DNA of 64,000 nucleotides, taken from IMG/VR virus record IMGVR_UViG_3300045988_108212, positions 32,001-96,000 of that record. One strand, written 5' to 3'. The first letter of the stretch is position 1. Each line of letters begins with the position of its first letter. Position numbers and translations under genes: made by a program. The DNA comes from a virus. The notes under the pieces were generated by a model that ran no database searches, was not told the DNA's origin, and was given only the letters and a program-made list of their open reading frames with translations. Positions 16,347 through 25,386 of the stretch are shown here, piece after piece.

Positions 16347-16712
16347 TCATTCATCATATTCAATCGTCATTGTGTGTTCTGTTTTTGGATAACGATTACG
16401 GCTTGCAAATGAACCAATAGTGTCAATGTATGGGATCGCAAACTTATCTTGTTTGGCAGTTTGTTTAATTCCAACCTCATTCTTGCAAGCGTTTGAAAGA
16501 AATGTATTTATCCGAGCATTTATCCTCATGCATTTACCGCACAAATCTAATCGTTGGATTATAATAGAATTGTCATCTGGCTCGCCTGCACAGAATCTGC
16601 TTGAATATCCATTGGATGTAATGAAAGGGAGCGTAATGTCATAGTGATTGTGTGTACATTCAGCCCCACAAAAATCACAATAATATTCTTCAATTGTTTT
16701 TTCTTTCTTCAT
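16347..16712 (-). CDS. Zinc-ribbon protein, paralogue B
   Basis: YYCDFCGAECT..CGKCM; similar to 15984-16313. Confidence 0.55.
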   Translation of the reverse strand: MKKEKTIEEYYCDFCGAECTHNHYDITLPFITSNGYSSRFCAGEPDDNSIIIQRLDLCGKCMRINARINTFLSNACKNEVGIKQTAKQDKFAIPYIDTIGSFASRNRYPKTEHTMTIEYDE

Positions 16713-16715
16713 TCT

Positions 16716-17204
16716 TTAAACCCTCCAATCATATACACCTATTTGATCAATAATTTCATTTAAAAATTCAACAAGGTCGCTTGCATCGCCAACAAACATA
16801 TTGCCCTGTGTCTTGATTTCGTATTTATAAGATGACTCATTTTCAGCAAGCTCAACTAAATATCCATTTCGTGGATATCCACCTGTTGAATATTCAAAAA
16901 CTGAACCTTTGTTAACTGTTTCATATTTAGGGTTCAATGCAAATCCATCATTGACTCTTACGTCTTCATTGGCAATTCTTAAAGTACAATATCTATGATC
17001 GCCTTTTCTTGCATAACATTTTAATTTTGGTTTATCTTCAAAATAAATTTGCTTAGAACATCCGTTTTCGTCATAAACTCTACGGTATTTCTTAACGTGA
17101 AACATTACGCCATCTTTAACTTTATAAACATCCTCATAGTCTGATGCAAAAACCTGTTCCATATTTCTCCTTTCTGTGCTATAATAAATTTGCACATGAA
17201 TCAA
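16716..17204 (-). CDS. Hypothetical protein
   Basis: Co-directional ORF, 3 nt from the next gene. Confidence 0.5.
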   Translation of the reverse strand: MIHVQIYYSTERRNMEQVFASDYEDVYKVKDGVMFHVKKYRRVYDENGCSKQIYFEDKPKLKCYARKGDHRYCTLRIANEDVRVNDGFALNPKYETVNKGSVFEYSTGGYPRNGYLVELAENESSYKYEIKTQGNMFVGDASDLVEFLNEIIDQIGVYDWRV

Positions 17205-17238
17205 AAGTTATTTGAGAACGGTGTAATTTTGTATACGA

Positions 17239-17272
17239 GATACCACTTCTTAATTGAGGTGGTATCTTTTTT
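17239..17272 (+). terminator. Plus-strand-oriented intrinsic terminator inside the leftward operon
   Basis: GATACCAC (17239-17246) / GTGGTATC (17259-17266), then TTTTTT on the plus strand only. Confidence 0.5.
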
Positions 17273-17290
17273 GTACACAAAACATTTATT

Positions 17291-17707
17291 TTATGAATCC
17301 TGTTTTACTGGAACCCATTCAGTTACAGGAACCATTTTATCTACTCTCTTCACTTCGTATGGCTGATCATAGAATTCATCTCCCTGCATTTCTGTCAGCC
17401 CCTTAAACCAATCAATCGCAAAATACTTGTCTCGAATTTTAATAATGCTTGTCATTGGCTTAACCCATCTCAGGTCATCTCCTGAAATCTCATCTACATG
17501 TATGTGCCGATAATCATAAATTAATTCTTTAAGCTCGCCTTCCGTTAAATCAATTCCTTCTGTAATTTTGTCGTACATGATTTCTTTGAAATTTTTGCTA
17601 TAATAGTTTTCGTCATCCCATTTTGTTTTATCTGTAATCATTCTTCTATCTCCTTTTGTCAAATAATTATGATTGATCCATTTCTTTAACTTATCATTTG
17701 CATTCAT
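17291..17707 (-). CDS. Hypothetical protein
   Basis: Co-directional ORF with an ATGA overlap to the next gene. Confidence 0.5.
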   Translation of the reverse strand: MNANDKLKKWINHNYLTKGDRRMITDKTKWDDENYYSKNFKEIMYDKITEGIDLTEGELKELIYDYRHIHVDEISGDDLRWVKPMTSIIKIRDKYFAIDWFKGLTEMQGDEFYDQPYEVKRVDKMVPVTEWVPVKQDS

Positions 17708-18348
17708 GAGTGCACTCTCTCTACTAGTACATCTGATCTAAATGTACATACTGGACGAATGTTAAAAGACTCCGCACAATAACATTGTTTGACAACACCA
17801 CATGTATCAACAGCACAAATAGCTGAACAATTTTCTTCTGATACGGCAGTTAATAATACCCATTCAATATGACCTGGAAATTTTGTTGGGTACTCTAAAT
17901 ACTCCCTGTATAGCCTATATTCGTCTAAAGTTAGTAAAGAAACTTTATCAATACTTATTTCATTCGCCATTGTTCCATCAAGTGCCATTAAATCACGTTC
18001 CATATACTGCAACACATCATGATGACAATTATCTTCAATTTCACATCCGATATATTTTAAATCGTGACGAAGACGACTAGGTTCCCATCTGTTACAATAT
18101 GTGTCGAATGGCTTTGTATCACTCAAAAAATCTTTCATGATGCAAAAACAAGTTTGAGCATATTTAAACTGATTTAATACGATCCATTCATACCCTGCTA
18201 CCTTAAAGGTATCACCAGCATTTAATGTTTGAAGCTCTACTTTTTCTGAGGTACAATCATTTTCTTCCGACTTCATCATGTCTTTATCTTCAATTACTTT
18301 TACGACCGCCTTGGCAATGTCATAAATATCTTCTTTATCTAACGTCAA
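17704..18348 (-). CDS. Hypothetical protein (DUF6273-like pattern)
   Basis: GYEWIVLN..W..SRLRHDL..VSLLTLDEY..IRPVCTF resembles that Firmicute domain, from recollection. Confidence 0.45.
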   Translation of the reverse strand: MTLDKEDIYDIAKAVVKVIEDKDMMKSEENDCTSEKVELQTLNAGDTFKVAGYEWIVLNQFKYAQTCFCIMKDFLSDTKPFDTYCNRWEPSRLRHDLKYIGCEIEDNCHHDVLQYMERDLMALDGTMANEISIDKVSLLTLDEYRLYREYLEYPTKFPGHIEWVLLTAVSEENCSAICAVDTCGVVKQCYCAESFNIRPVCTFRSDVLVERVHS

Positions 18349-19348
18349 GTTTTCTCTCCTTTACAAATTTTCTATATTGTTTTGTATACTCATAAGAATC
18401 TTTAAATATATTACAGATACCGTTATACATTCTTGGCTCAAATTGTTTGACGATATCAAGTTCGTTTTGATAATCTTTACCGAACGGACACCCACAACAG
18501 CCTGTCCTTTTTAACCCATATCTGCTATAACAATCCGAGTGACTAATCTTAAAATATGCACAATATTCTGATTTGTCGCTATCCAAATACCAAAAAATTG
18601 GTCTATATTGATCACACTGCCCGACTTTTTTATCAAAACAGCTTTTATATCTTGATGCCCTTACTCCGCCTTCGGCTTTCCGAACACCTACAATACTTAG
18701 ATCGTACCCATTGTCTTTTATTGCTTTATGAGATACATCTTTCTTAGCATAGTTACAACACTTCCCAGAAATCTTAAATTGCGGTGGATTCTGGACTATA
18801 AATTCTTTTAAAAATCTGTTGTAGTTAATGTTGAAACTACTCAATCTTTTGCCATTATTTAATGTACCGTGTGAATCACACCACCACATAAGAGCAGATT
18901 TGCACTTCGGATACTTCTTGTATAAATCATCAAATGGTTTGTCTTCCCATTGGAATCCGTGACCTTGCAATCTATACATCATTTCGCTGACATACTTGGA
19001 CATAAATGGTTGCCCATATATCTTGCACGATAACGGAATTGCTTTAATTGCTTTCTGTCGGATGATCTCAATACCATATTTGGTTTCAAGATATTTCAGA
19101 TGATCTTTAGTTGCTTGATACTCTAAACCAGTATCAAACCACATGTAATCAACCTTGTTATGTATGTCGCATTTCCATATAATGTCTAGCATCACATCAC
19201 TGTCAGCTCCGCCAGAAATTGAGCATAAAATCTTTTTATAATCAGTTCTGTTTATAATTGACCATGCCCGAATCATGTTGTCACAAATTGTCTTGTTTAC
19301 AGGGCATGTGCCCAATAATTCATCAATATTCTTAGGTTTCTTAACCAA
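18335..19348 (-). CDS. PAPS reductase-like PP-loop enzyme, copy 1 (TTG start)
   Basis: PP-loop SISGGADS. C-terminal cysteine motif RTGCCGCPFG. The TTG at 19346-19348 lies 8 nt after GAGG. Confidence 0.7.
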   Translation of the reverse strand: MVKKPKNIDELLGTCPVNKTICDNMIRAWSIINRTDYKKILCSISGGADSDVMLDIIWKCDIHNKVDYMWFDTGLEYQATKDHLKYLETKYGIEIIRQKAIKAIPLSCKIYGQPFMSKYVSEMMYRLQGHGFQWEDKPFDDLYKKYPKCKSALMWWCDSHGTLNNGKRLSSFNINYNRFLKEFIVQNPPQFKISGKCCNYAKKDVSHKAIKDNGYDLSIVGVRKAEGGVRASRYKSCFDKKVGQCDQYRPIFWYLDSDKSEYCAYFKISHSDCYSRYGLKRTGCCGCPFGKDYQNELDIVKQFEPRMYNGICNIFKDSYEYTKQYRKFVKERKLDVR

Positions 19349-19525
19349 ATGTACTTCCTCACGAAAATTTATTTCGTTTTCCGTGAGGTAAAGCCATACT
19401 TGGTGAGTGTCTTTTTACATCACTATCACATTACTTTTTCGATACAATCTAACCAACGATCCGTTGAATCATATCTTCGTGAAAACCTTTATATTCTAAA
19501 GGTAATTAGCACAGATGGTTGAAGC
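19349..19525 (-). promoter_or_regulatory. 177-nt structured leader with SD-sequestering hairpin (19357-19388)
   Basis: Stops in the frame read through from the upstream gene (TAG, TGA, TAA) and no SD-preceded ORF found. CCTCACG/CGTGAGG stem, extendable to 11 bp, whose 3' arm holds the SD GAGG. Additional hairpins ACCTTTA/TAAAGGT and CAACG/CGTTG. Confidence 0.55.
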
Positions 19526-19882
19526 CTAACCAATCGGCAGCACAGCGTCTCCGATATATTTCATATCTAAGATTTCGCAATCTTTCATTGGATGATCTGG
19601 ATTCTCATTATTGTAATCTCTTACAAACATATCGAGCCAAAAATCAGAATACTCGTTATCATCTTTTGAGTTGAATACTGCATATCTGTATGCATTTTTA
19701 TAGTTTCCCTTTGCTGTAAAATATGCTAGTTTGATTTGATATACTGGCAATTCTATTCTTGTTTTGATAAAGTTCTTTGGGTGTGTATCACGTAGCTTAG
19801 ATCGTAATTCTTCATCAAAAATTTCAACTGTATCAATTCCTGTTCTGATAGCGCATTCATCAAAAAATCGGTTAGGATGCAC
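19526..19882 (-). CDS. Small protein, paralogue of 22548-22871
   Basis: IKLAYFTAKGNYKNAYRYAV..NENPDHPMKDCEILDMKYIGDAVLPIG vs YRYKTARGNDKTATKYMI..NEKHPERKLSNVEILDSTFLGKVYIPLE. Confidence 0.6.
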   Translation of the reverse strand: MHPNRFFDECAIRTGIDTVEIFDEELRSKLRDTHPKNFIKTRIELPVYQIKLAYFTAKGNYKNAYRYAVFNSKDDNEYSDFWLDMFVRDYNNENPDHPMKDCEILDMKYIGDAVLPIG

Positions 19883-19916
19883 TGCTTTTCACCACCTTTC
19901 TATCTTATTTTATATA

Positions 19917-20138
19917 TCAAACGTCGATTCTATAATTGCACTGCGGACATGTAATGTGACCGAATGCTTCAACATCTGGACAATCTATAATATATCCATG
20001 TCCAGTATCCCATGGAGAATTTTGACACCTACATACATCTTCCATTTCATAACTTAAAACTGCGCCACAATTTTTACAGGTTGTCTTTTTCTTTGTTCCT
20101 TCTTTTAAAATTTCAATCATTTGCCAATCTCTCCCCAT
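19917..20138 (-). CDS. Small zinc-ribbon protein
   Basis: CKNCG..CPQC pairs. Confidence 0.5.
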   Translation of the reverse strand: MGRDWQMIEILKEGTKKKTTCKNCGAVLSYEMEDVCRCQNSPWDTGHGYIIDCPDVEAFGHITCPQCNYRIDV

Positions 20139-20581
20139 CGTGGTGTAACAGAAAATACGCTAAAACTTGGGCAATTGTCATCATATGTAATAGAAGAAAT
20201 CGTCCATCCTTTGATCAACTCTTCAGCGTAATCAAGATCATCTTCTTCATAATATAATCTGTCATACTCGTATACTGCGTTGTCACTATTCAACCAATTA
20301 ATGATAATCTCTATCAACATATTGAAAGATGGTTTCATAATATCTCCAGACAATACAATATCCCACTGTTTCATATATTCTTCATCTAAAGCATCGTCAT
20401 CTCTGTTTTTTGTCGGTATCCATCCAAAGTATAACTTTCCGTCTACTTCTTTAATTCCACGTAATTCATCTGCTGTTTCTCCATAAATATCAACAATGAA
20501 TCTCAATGTCTTTTCCAACGTCCCGTTAAATGTATCTTTTAGACTTCCCGATACTATGAAAGGTTTATCGTTCGTGAACAT
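20117..20581 (-). CDS. Hypothetical protein
   Basis: Co-directional ORF. Confidence 0.5.
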   Translation of the reverse strand: MFTNDKPFIVSGSLKDTFNGTLEKTLRFIVDIYGETADELRGIKEVDGKLYFGWIPTKNRDDDALDEEYMKQWDIVLSGDIMKPSFNMLIEIIINWLNSDNAVYEYDRLYYEEDDLDYAEELIKGWTISSITYDDNCPSFSVFSVTPRWGEIGK

Positions 20582-20637
20582 ACGCTTACCACTCCTTTCG
20601 CAAATTAAATATTTCTTTTATGTAAATTGATTATTTC

Positions 20638-20862
20638 CTATGAAATAAGTACCACTGATCCAGAAATAAGCGTTCCGTTATCCAAGACAATGTCCTGAAC
20701 GTCAATTTCTTTTAAAGTGGTAATTGTTTCGTTATACGTATTAATTCCACTTATTATAATCAAGTCTTTATCAAATTTTTCTAGCTTAGAGATAAGATCT
20801 CTTACTGTAACAGGGTTGCGTCCAAAGACCCCATAGTCTTCTCTTGTTAATTTTTTAGACAT
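20638..20862 (-). CDS. Small hypothetical protein
   Basis: TVRDLISKLEKFDKD motif, shared with 20872-21057 (TVGQLKKELEKYSDD). Confidence 0.45.
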   Translation of the reverse strand: MSKKLTREDYGVFGRNPVTVRDLISKLEKFDKDLIIISGINTYNETITTLKEIDVQDIVLDNGTLISGSVVLIS

Positions 20863-20871
20863 AAATCCTCC

Positions 20872-21057
20872 TTAACAAATTCTCACAATCCTACAATTGC
20901 GATAACCTATTCCATAATCGATTGTGATAGTGTCGTCTTCAATTGTTTCAGCAAATTCGTCTTCCATATCGCAACCGAACAATACTGGCGTATCATCTGA
21001 ATATTTTTCTAACTCTTTTTTAAGCTGTCCAACTGTTATATAATTTGGTTCTTCCAA
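20872..21057 (-). CDS. Small hypothetical protein
   Basis: Similar N-terminal motif to 20638-20862. Confidence 0.45.
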   Translation of the reverse strand: MEEPNYITVGQLKKELEKYSDDTPVLFGCDMEDEFAETIEDDTITIDYGIGYRNCRIVRIC

Positions 21058-21069
21058 TTTAATCTCCTT

Positions 21070-22350
21070 TCAAAATAACTCACATCCTGCTTGTCTAAAC
21101 ATATCAATCTGATAATTCCATGCTTCAAAATCCCAACCATATTCTTTCATAAAACATTTCTTACAATAAAATTTCTCAATGTTTCTGCCATGTAATTTAA
21201 GATTCATACTCAAAACTTCTTTGTGTTTAATTCGTTTACCGCAGCAATCACATACTTTGTTAAAATATTTAATTGCCACTTTCTGATCAATTCCAGAATA
21301 TTCAGCAAACTCATTTATAACTTCTTTTGTTGGCTCATTCCTAAATGTTCCACCGTTCCAAGCTTGCGTTAAATATTCGTCCAATGTGCAATTCATAATA
21401 ATCCATTTCTTATTGCTTATAAAATCTTCTTTGAGAATATCTCTCCATCTTTGGTACGATTTCAGATACCAATATTTGTCAAGAATCCATGTAGATTTCG
21501 TATAAAATGGGCAAGCACAATGGCATCCAACTCTGGAATATCCTTTCTTATACTTAGGATTAACAGGAATATTTCTCCATATTGTATACAGCCAGATATC
21601 AAGCTCTGTCCATTTTCTAATAGGTAGAATTCCTTGCCAACAAGTCTTGCCCCATTCGGCTTTGTTAACCCATTCATCCTCATAAGAACTTCTTGTATTT
21701 GATTCTTCATTTCTCATTCCCATCCACAATAAATACGGATGATCATGGTCAAGTTGTGATGTCATCACGCCTGTTTTGAAAATTCTACAACAAAATCTTG
21801 AAAACCTAGTTGGAATCATATGATCAGATGCTACATATTGATAGAATCCTTTGTCTGGATTCATGATTTCACAATTCGTAAACTCTTTTACCATTTGATA
21901 TGTGTCTGCACAATCTAAGGATGTATTGTTAAATATTGCTTTTGTATCAGGATATAAACTTCTCACAAGATGACATGTAACTATAGAATCTTTTCCCATT
22001 GACACAGGAATAATCGAAGTATAGTTCTCGTATTTCTGCATCCTTTCTTTGATTAGATTCAATGACTCAGATTCAATTTGAATTAAATGTTCTTTATTTA
22101 AGTCGATTAGTTCTTTCCAACTGATTAAATCTATATCCTGTACGTTTTCATATGTTTTTAGTTTTTTAATTTCAACAGCTTCTAAATCATTAGAAACAAC
22201 AACTTTGTAAAATTTATGTATATTTCCTTGCTTGTCAAATCCTTTAATGATCTGTCTGTTAAGCCAAAAATATCCTTCTTTTAAATCTGGTAATTTTTCA
22301 CCAGACATTTCTCTTAAAAAATTAATATATCCATCATAGATTGGATTCAA
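21070..22350 (-). CDS. PAPS reductase-like PP-loop enzyme, copy 2 (IbrA/DUF3440-like length; TTG start)
   Basis: PP-loop-like VSMGKDS. RVGCHCACPF cysteine motif. C-terminal CDCCG..CKKC ribbon. TTG at 22348-22350 follows AAAGGAAG. Confidence 0.65.
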   Translation of the reverse strand: MNPIYDGYINFLREMSGEKLPDLKEGYFWLNRQIIKGFDKQGNIHKFYKVVVSNDLEAVEIKKLKTYENVQDIDLISWKELIDLNKEHLIQIESESLNLIKERMQKYENYTSIIPVSMGKDSIVTCHLVRSLYPDTKAIFNNTSLDCADTYQMVKEFTNCEIMNPDKGFYQYVASDHMIPTRFSRFCCRIFKTGVMTSQLDHDHPYLLWMGMRNEESNTRSSYEDEWVNKAEWGKTCWQGILPIRKWTELDIWLYTIWRNIPVNPKYKKGYSRVGCHCACPFYTKSTWILDKYWYLKSYQRWRDILKEDFISNKKWIIMNCTLDEYLTQAWNGGTFRNEPTKEVINEFAEYSGIDQKVAIKYFNKVCDCCGKRIKHKEVLSMNLKLHGRNIEKFYCKKCFMKEYGWDFEAWNYQIDMFRQAGCELF

Positions 22351-22547
22351 TTGTAATCTTCCTTTAACTTTTGGATTTTACCCATCCGTTAAAGGTGTTT
22401 ATCTTATACTTAGATACCAATTGTCTTAGGTCATGGCGTAAGATTTTACGTTTTAGCCATCATTGTCGCTATGTTTCATGGGTAATGCATGACATCTCAC
22501 TATACAACCCTGATTACAGGGAATTGATCACAATTGAGTTTTTATAT
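22351..22547 (-). promoter_or_regulatory. 197-nt structured leader with SD-sequestering hairpin (22361-22395)
   Basis: CCTTTAAC/GTTAAAGG perfect 8-bp stem whose 3' arm holds the SD. Nested GGAT/ATCC hairpin. Additional hairpins CCTG/CAGG and ATGGC..CGTAA/TTACG..GCCAT. Confidence 0.55.
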
Positions 22548-22871
22548 TTATTCAAGTGGAATATATACTTTTCCAAGAAATGTACTATCAAGAATTTCTA
22601 CATTTGATAGTTTTCTTTCTGGGTGTTTTTCATTGAACTCAGTAATATAATTTTTAAATTCATTGTCAATCATATCCCACGAAAATTCTTCTAAAATCAT
22701 ATACTTTGTTGCCGTCTTATCGTTGCCACGAGCAGTTTTATAGCGATACAGGACTTTCCAAATTGGAATTGGAATCTGATTACTTATAATCTGCTTTGGG
22801 TGGCAGTTTGTAAATTCTTCCAAATCACTATTGTTATATGTGCAATTTAATTGCAGTTCCGAAATTTTCAC
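22548..22871 (-). CDS. Small protein, paralogue of 19526-19882 (GTG start)
   Basis: See the 19526-19882 entry. Same position relative to a PAPS-reductase-like gene. Confidence 0.6.
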   Translation of the reverse strand: MKISELQLNCTYNNSDLEEFTNCHPKQIISNQIPIPIWKVLYRYKTARGNDKTATKYMILEEFSWDMIDNEFKNYITEFNEKHPERKLSNVEILDSTFLGKVYIPLE

Positions 22872-23218
22872 ATTCTCACCACTTTCTTATCTGCTAACTC
22901 TTTTACTCTATCAGTCAAAGTTACTGCCATCACATGTGTTCCCATATAAGCATCAAGAGCTTCGCCAATTAAATTGTATCCTTCATCAATAAGAACATGA
23001 TCATAATTCATTCCACGCTTGTTCTTACATTCTTCTACGGTCATAGGTACTGGAATAATTAAGTCAAGATCGTTTGCTTTGTCTAATAATAGCTTGATCT
23101 GTGAATGATTTTTTACAATAATCGGATACTGTGTTGTAGCACTCGTATAGAGTAATTGTGTAGTTTTGCCCGTTGCTCTGTCTTTAATAATCAGTGTTGT
23201 TGGTTTATTTGTTATCAT
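22868..23218 (-). CDS. Small P-loop NTPase
   Basis: Walker A-like DRATGKTT and Walker B-like HVLIDEG. Confidence 0.45.
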   Translation of the reverse strand: MITNKPTTLIIKDRATGKTTQLLYTSATTQYPIIVKNHSQIKLLLDKANDLDLIIPVPMTVEECKNKRGMNYDHVLIDEGYNLIGEALDAYMGTHVMAVTLTDRVKELADKKVVRM

Positions 23219-23235
23219 AGTTTTGCAATCTCCTC

Positions 23236-23646
23236 TTATATAAAATATCTCTGAAGTTTATCTTTGAATCTTAGTGGACTATCAACAATGGGCTGTGAAT
23301 ACTGAAACTGTCTTAAAAAATTCATAACAGTTCTAGCATCTGCACCGCTTAAAGGAATAAATTTTACATATTCAGGTCTCCCAGCAATACATACAACTGC
23401 CCACGAATGCTCTAAATCATGAAATCCAACGTCAACTGCTACATCGGTAATTTGGTTATACATTTTCTTCATCTCTTCATTTTGTTGTATTGAAATATGA
23501 CACTGACGAGCTGCCTCATCACAACTGCTTGTAGCAAAATTTAATCTAGTATTGCTTTCATTAATTTCATTTTTTAAGGCATCAATATCTGGTTGCAGAA
23601 TTTCTAGCAACCATTTTCTAATTTTCTCTTTTAATTTCTGAAACAA
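23236..23646 (-). CDS. Hypothetical protein
   Basis: Co-directional ORF. Confidence 0.5.
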   Translation of the reverse strand: MFQKLKEKIRKWLLEILQPDIDALKNEINESNTRLNFATSSCDEAARQCHISIQQNEEMKKMYNQITDVAVDVGFHDLEHSWAVVCIAGRPEYVKFIPLSGADARTVMNFLRQFQYSQPIVDSPLRFKDKLQRYFI

Positions 23647-23658
23647 TTAACTCTCCTT

Positions 23659-23868
23659 TTATATTTCACACGATCCATTTAATCCATATGGTTCATAACA
23701 CAAACCACTTACCCAAACCCAGTTATCGTCTTTGTATATGAGGAATTCAACTGTCTCAAAATCACAACAACTGTCACTATCTTTGTCTTCACGAACTGCA
23801 TATACAGTGATTGGTTTCTTAGGTGTTGGAGATCTACCAATTTCTTGTATCTTAAACATCTGAATCAC
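23659..23868 (-). CDS. Small protein, FLIY..WVWVS family (paralogue of 60253-60456)
   Basis: VEFLIYKDDNWVWVSGLCYEPY vs ADFLIYIKNSWVWVSSDYCVPY. Confidence 0.5.
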   Translation of the reverse strand: MIQMFKIQEIGRSPTPKKPITVYAVREDKDSDSCCDFETVEFLIYKDDNWVWVSGLCYEPYGLNGSCEI

Positions 23869-24262
23869 CTCTAAATATTTCTTCTGGCATAGTAAATGAT
23901 GGATTATTATTTACAAACGCCATATAATATTGATCTAATACATATTCATTTTCTTCGCTTTCATTATCATAGAAACAAAATAGTCCCAAACGTATAGCTT
24001 CAAGATGGAATAAAAATTCTTCTTTAGAAAATTCCCCTCGACGCACTCTTTGTTGTAATTCATCTCTTATAATAGGCAGACGATTTTGACGAATGCCTCT
24101 GTTTTTGCTTAATTCACATTGTTTGTATACAAAACATAAATGCATCGAATTCATGTTTTTGATATATCTCATTACACCATTTATATCTGTCCATACATTG
24201 TTGTCCCATACACCTTTTCGTTCCATGTAATCATCAAACATATAAATCCTTTCTAATTCCAC
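23852..24262 (-). CDS. Hypothetical protein
   Basis: Co-directional ORF overlapping both neighbours. Confidence 0.5.
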   Translation of the reverse strand: MELERIYMFDDYMERKGVWDNNVWTDINGVMRYIKNMNSMHLCFVYKQCELSKNRGIRQNRLPIIRDELQQRVRRGEFSKEEFLFHLEAIRLGLFCFYDNESEENEYVLDQYYMAFVNNNPSFTMPEEIFRGDSDV

Positions 24263-25127
24263 TCAAAATCCATTCAATTACTGGCTCTGTCCACCCATTG
24301 CCCATCAGACTACATCTTTTTGAATAACTTAAACTCCTGCTACCCATCTTAATATTTGTGTAATTATCAGGTAGTCCTTGTAATCTTTCGTACTCAATTG
24401 CCGTTAATTTTCTTGGCGTACCATGATCCAAAACTTTCTTTTCTTGATACCCACCATTTATACAAGTCAGTGTGCAACATTTAAACTCTGGGTTGTATAT
24501 TCTGCGATTCATTTCAAAAGTATTGACTTTTAGTTCACCACAGACACGTTTGTCCATATCTAATATTTCAAATGATTTGTTATAAAAATACTTTTGTGAT
24601 ACATCCGACTCCATAATATCCTTTAGTACCAATGAATTTTGCCTTGTTGGCAACGAATTAAGTGGAATATTTGTCCAATAATACCTTTCTCTTGACTGAG
24701 CACTGAATAATGCCGAATCAATCAAGATCGGATCAACACCAATGCAGTCAGTCATTTCTTTTAAATCATCATCATGTGACGGAATCACATTTTCAAACAT
24801 AAACCATTTAGGTTTTATAGTATTTAATGCTTCAACAGCTTTGTAAAAAATCCCAGATTTACCATTCAGTCCAGCATTTACATCTTTATCTTCAATACGC
24901 ACTCTTGATAGACTCTGGCAGCATGTACCAGCTAGGATCAGATCAAATCCTTCAAACTGTTTAAAATCTGCTTCATATAAATCGCCATGATGTATAATAA
25001 ATGGAAAATGATACGATGAAACCGCAATGGCTTCTGGTAGAATTTCATATGTATGATATTCTTCAATTGGAATATCAAGTTGTTGTAAAGCATATAATCC
25101 TGTTTCTACACCGCCACATAAACTCAA
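24234..25127 (-). CDS. DNA (cytosine-5)-methyltransferase
   Basis: Motif I LSLCGGVETG, motif IV GTCCQSLS, FMFENV, QSRERYYW, RKLTAIEYERLQGLPDNYT and GNGWTEPVI. TTG start; a TGA lies 11 codons upstream. Confidence 0.85.
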   Translation of the reverse strand: MSLCGGVETGLYALQQLDIPIEEYHTYEILPEAIAVSSYHFPFIIHHGDLYEADFKQFEGFDLILAGTCCQSLSRVRIEDKDVNAGLNGKSGIFYKAVEALNTIKPKWFMFENVIPSHDDDLKEMTDCIGVDPILIDSALFSAQSRERYYWTNIPLNSLPTRQNSLVLKDIMESDVSQKYFYNKSFEILDMDKRVCGELKVNTFEMNRRIYNPEFKCCTLTCINGGYQEKKVLDHGTPRKLTAIEYERLQGLPDNYTNIKMGSRSLSYSKRCSLMGNGWTEPVIEWILSGIRKDLYV

Positions 25128-25386
25128 AACTCTTAAACCTCTTGAAGTTTTGTTTTTATCTACATTTCAATTTCTGTAGGTAAAACAATACAAAAACAAA
25201 TACATAAGAAAGGTTTTATCAAGTAATCCTAGGTAAAACGCAGTGCGCTGCCTTGTAAATACAAGGTTTAAATGACAGAAAATAAAAACAAAATTTTAAA
25301 GTCATCATATGGAAGAAATAAGACATGTCTAATCTATAGATATTTCTCCTCGAATAGTCATCAGAAATGTAACTAGAAATGTTACA

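Noticed and set aside
19349-19525. Read-through extension fusing 19526-19882 to the PAPS-reductase-like gene. The TAG at 19526 and the TTG at 19348 are in frame, 177 nt apart.
   Set aside because: The intervening frame contains TAG, TGA and TAA codons, so the spacer is non-coding.
22371-22607. Plus-strand ORF 22371-22607 within the second leader region.
   Set aside because: It is on the wrong strand for the operon, has no SD, and spans the structured leader. It is most likely spurious.
25128-25200. An N-terminal extension of the C5 methyltransferase, or TGA read-through upstream of the TTG at 25127.
   Set aside because: The upstream frame hits TGA after 11 codons. Beyond that it encodes implausible low-complexity sequence (LMYLFLYCFTYRN). 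Motif I begins right at the called start.
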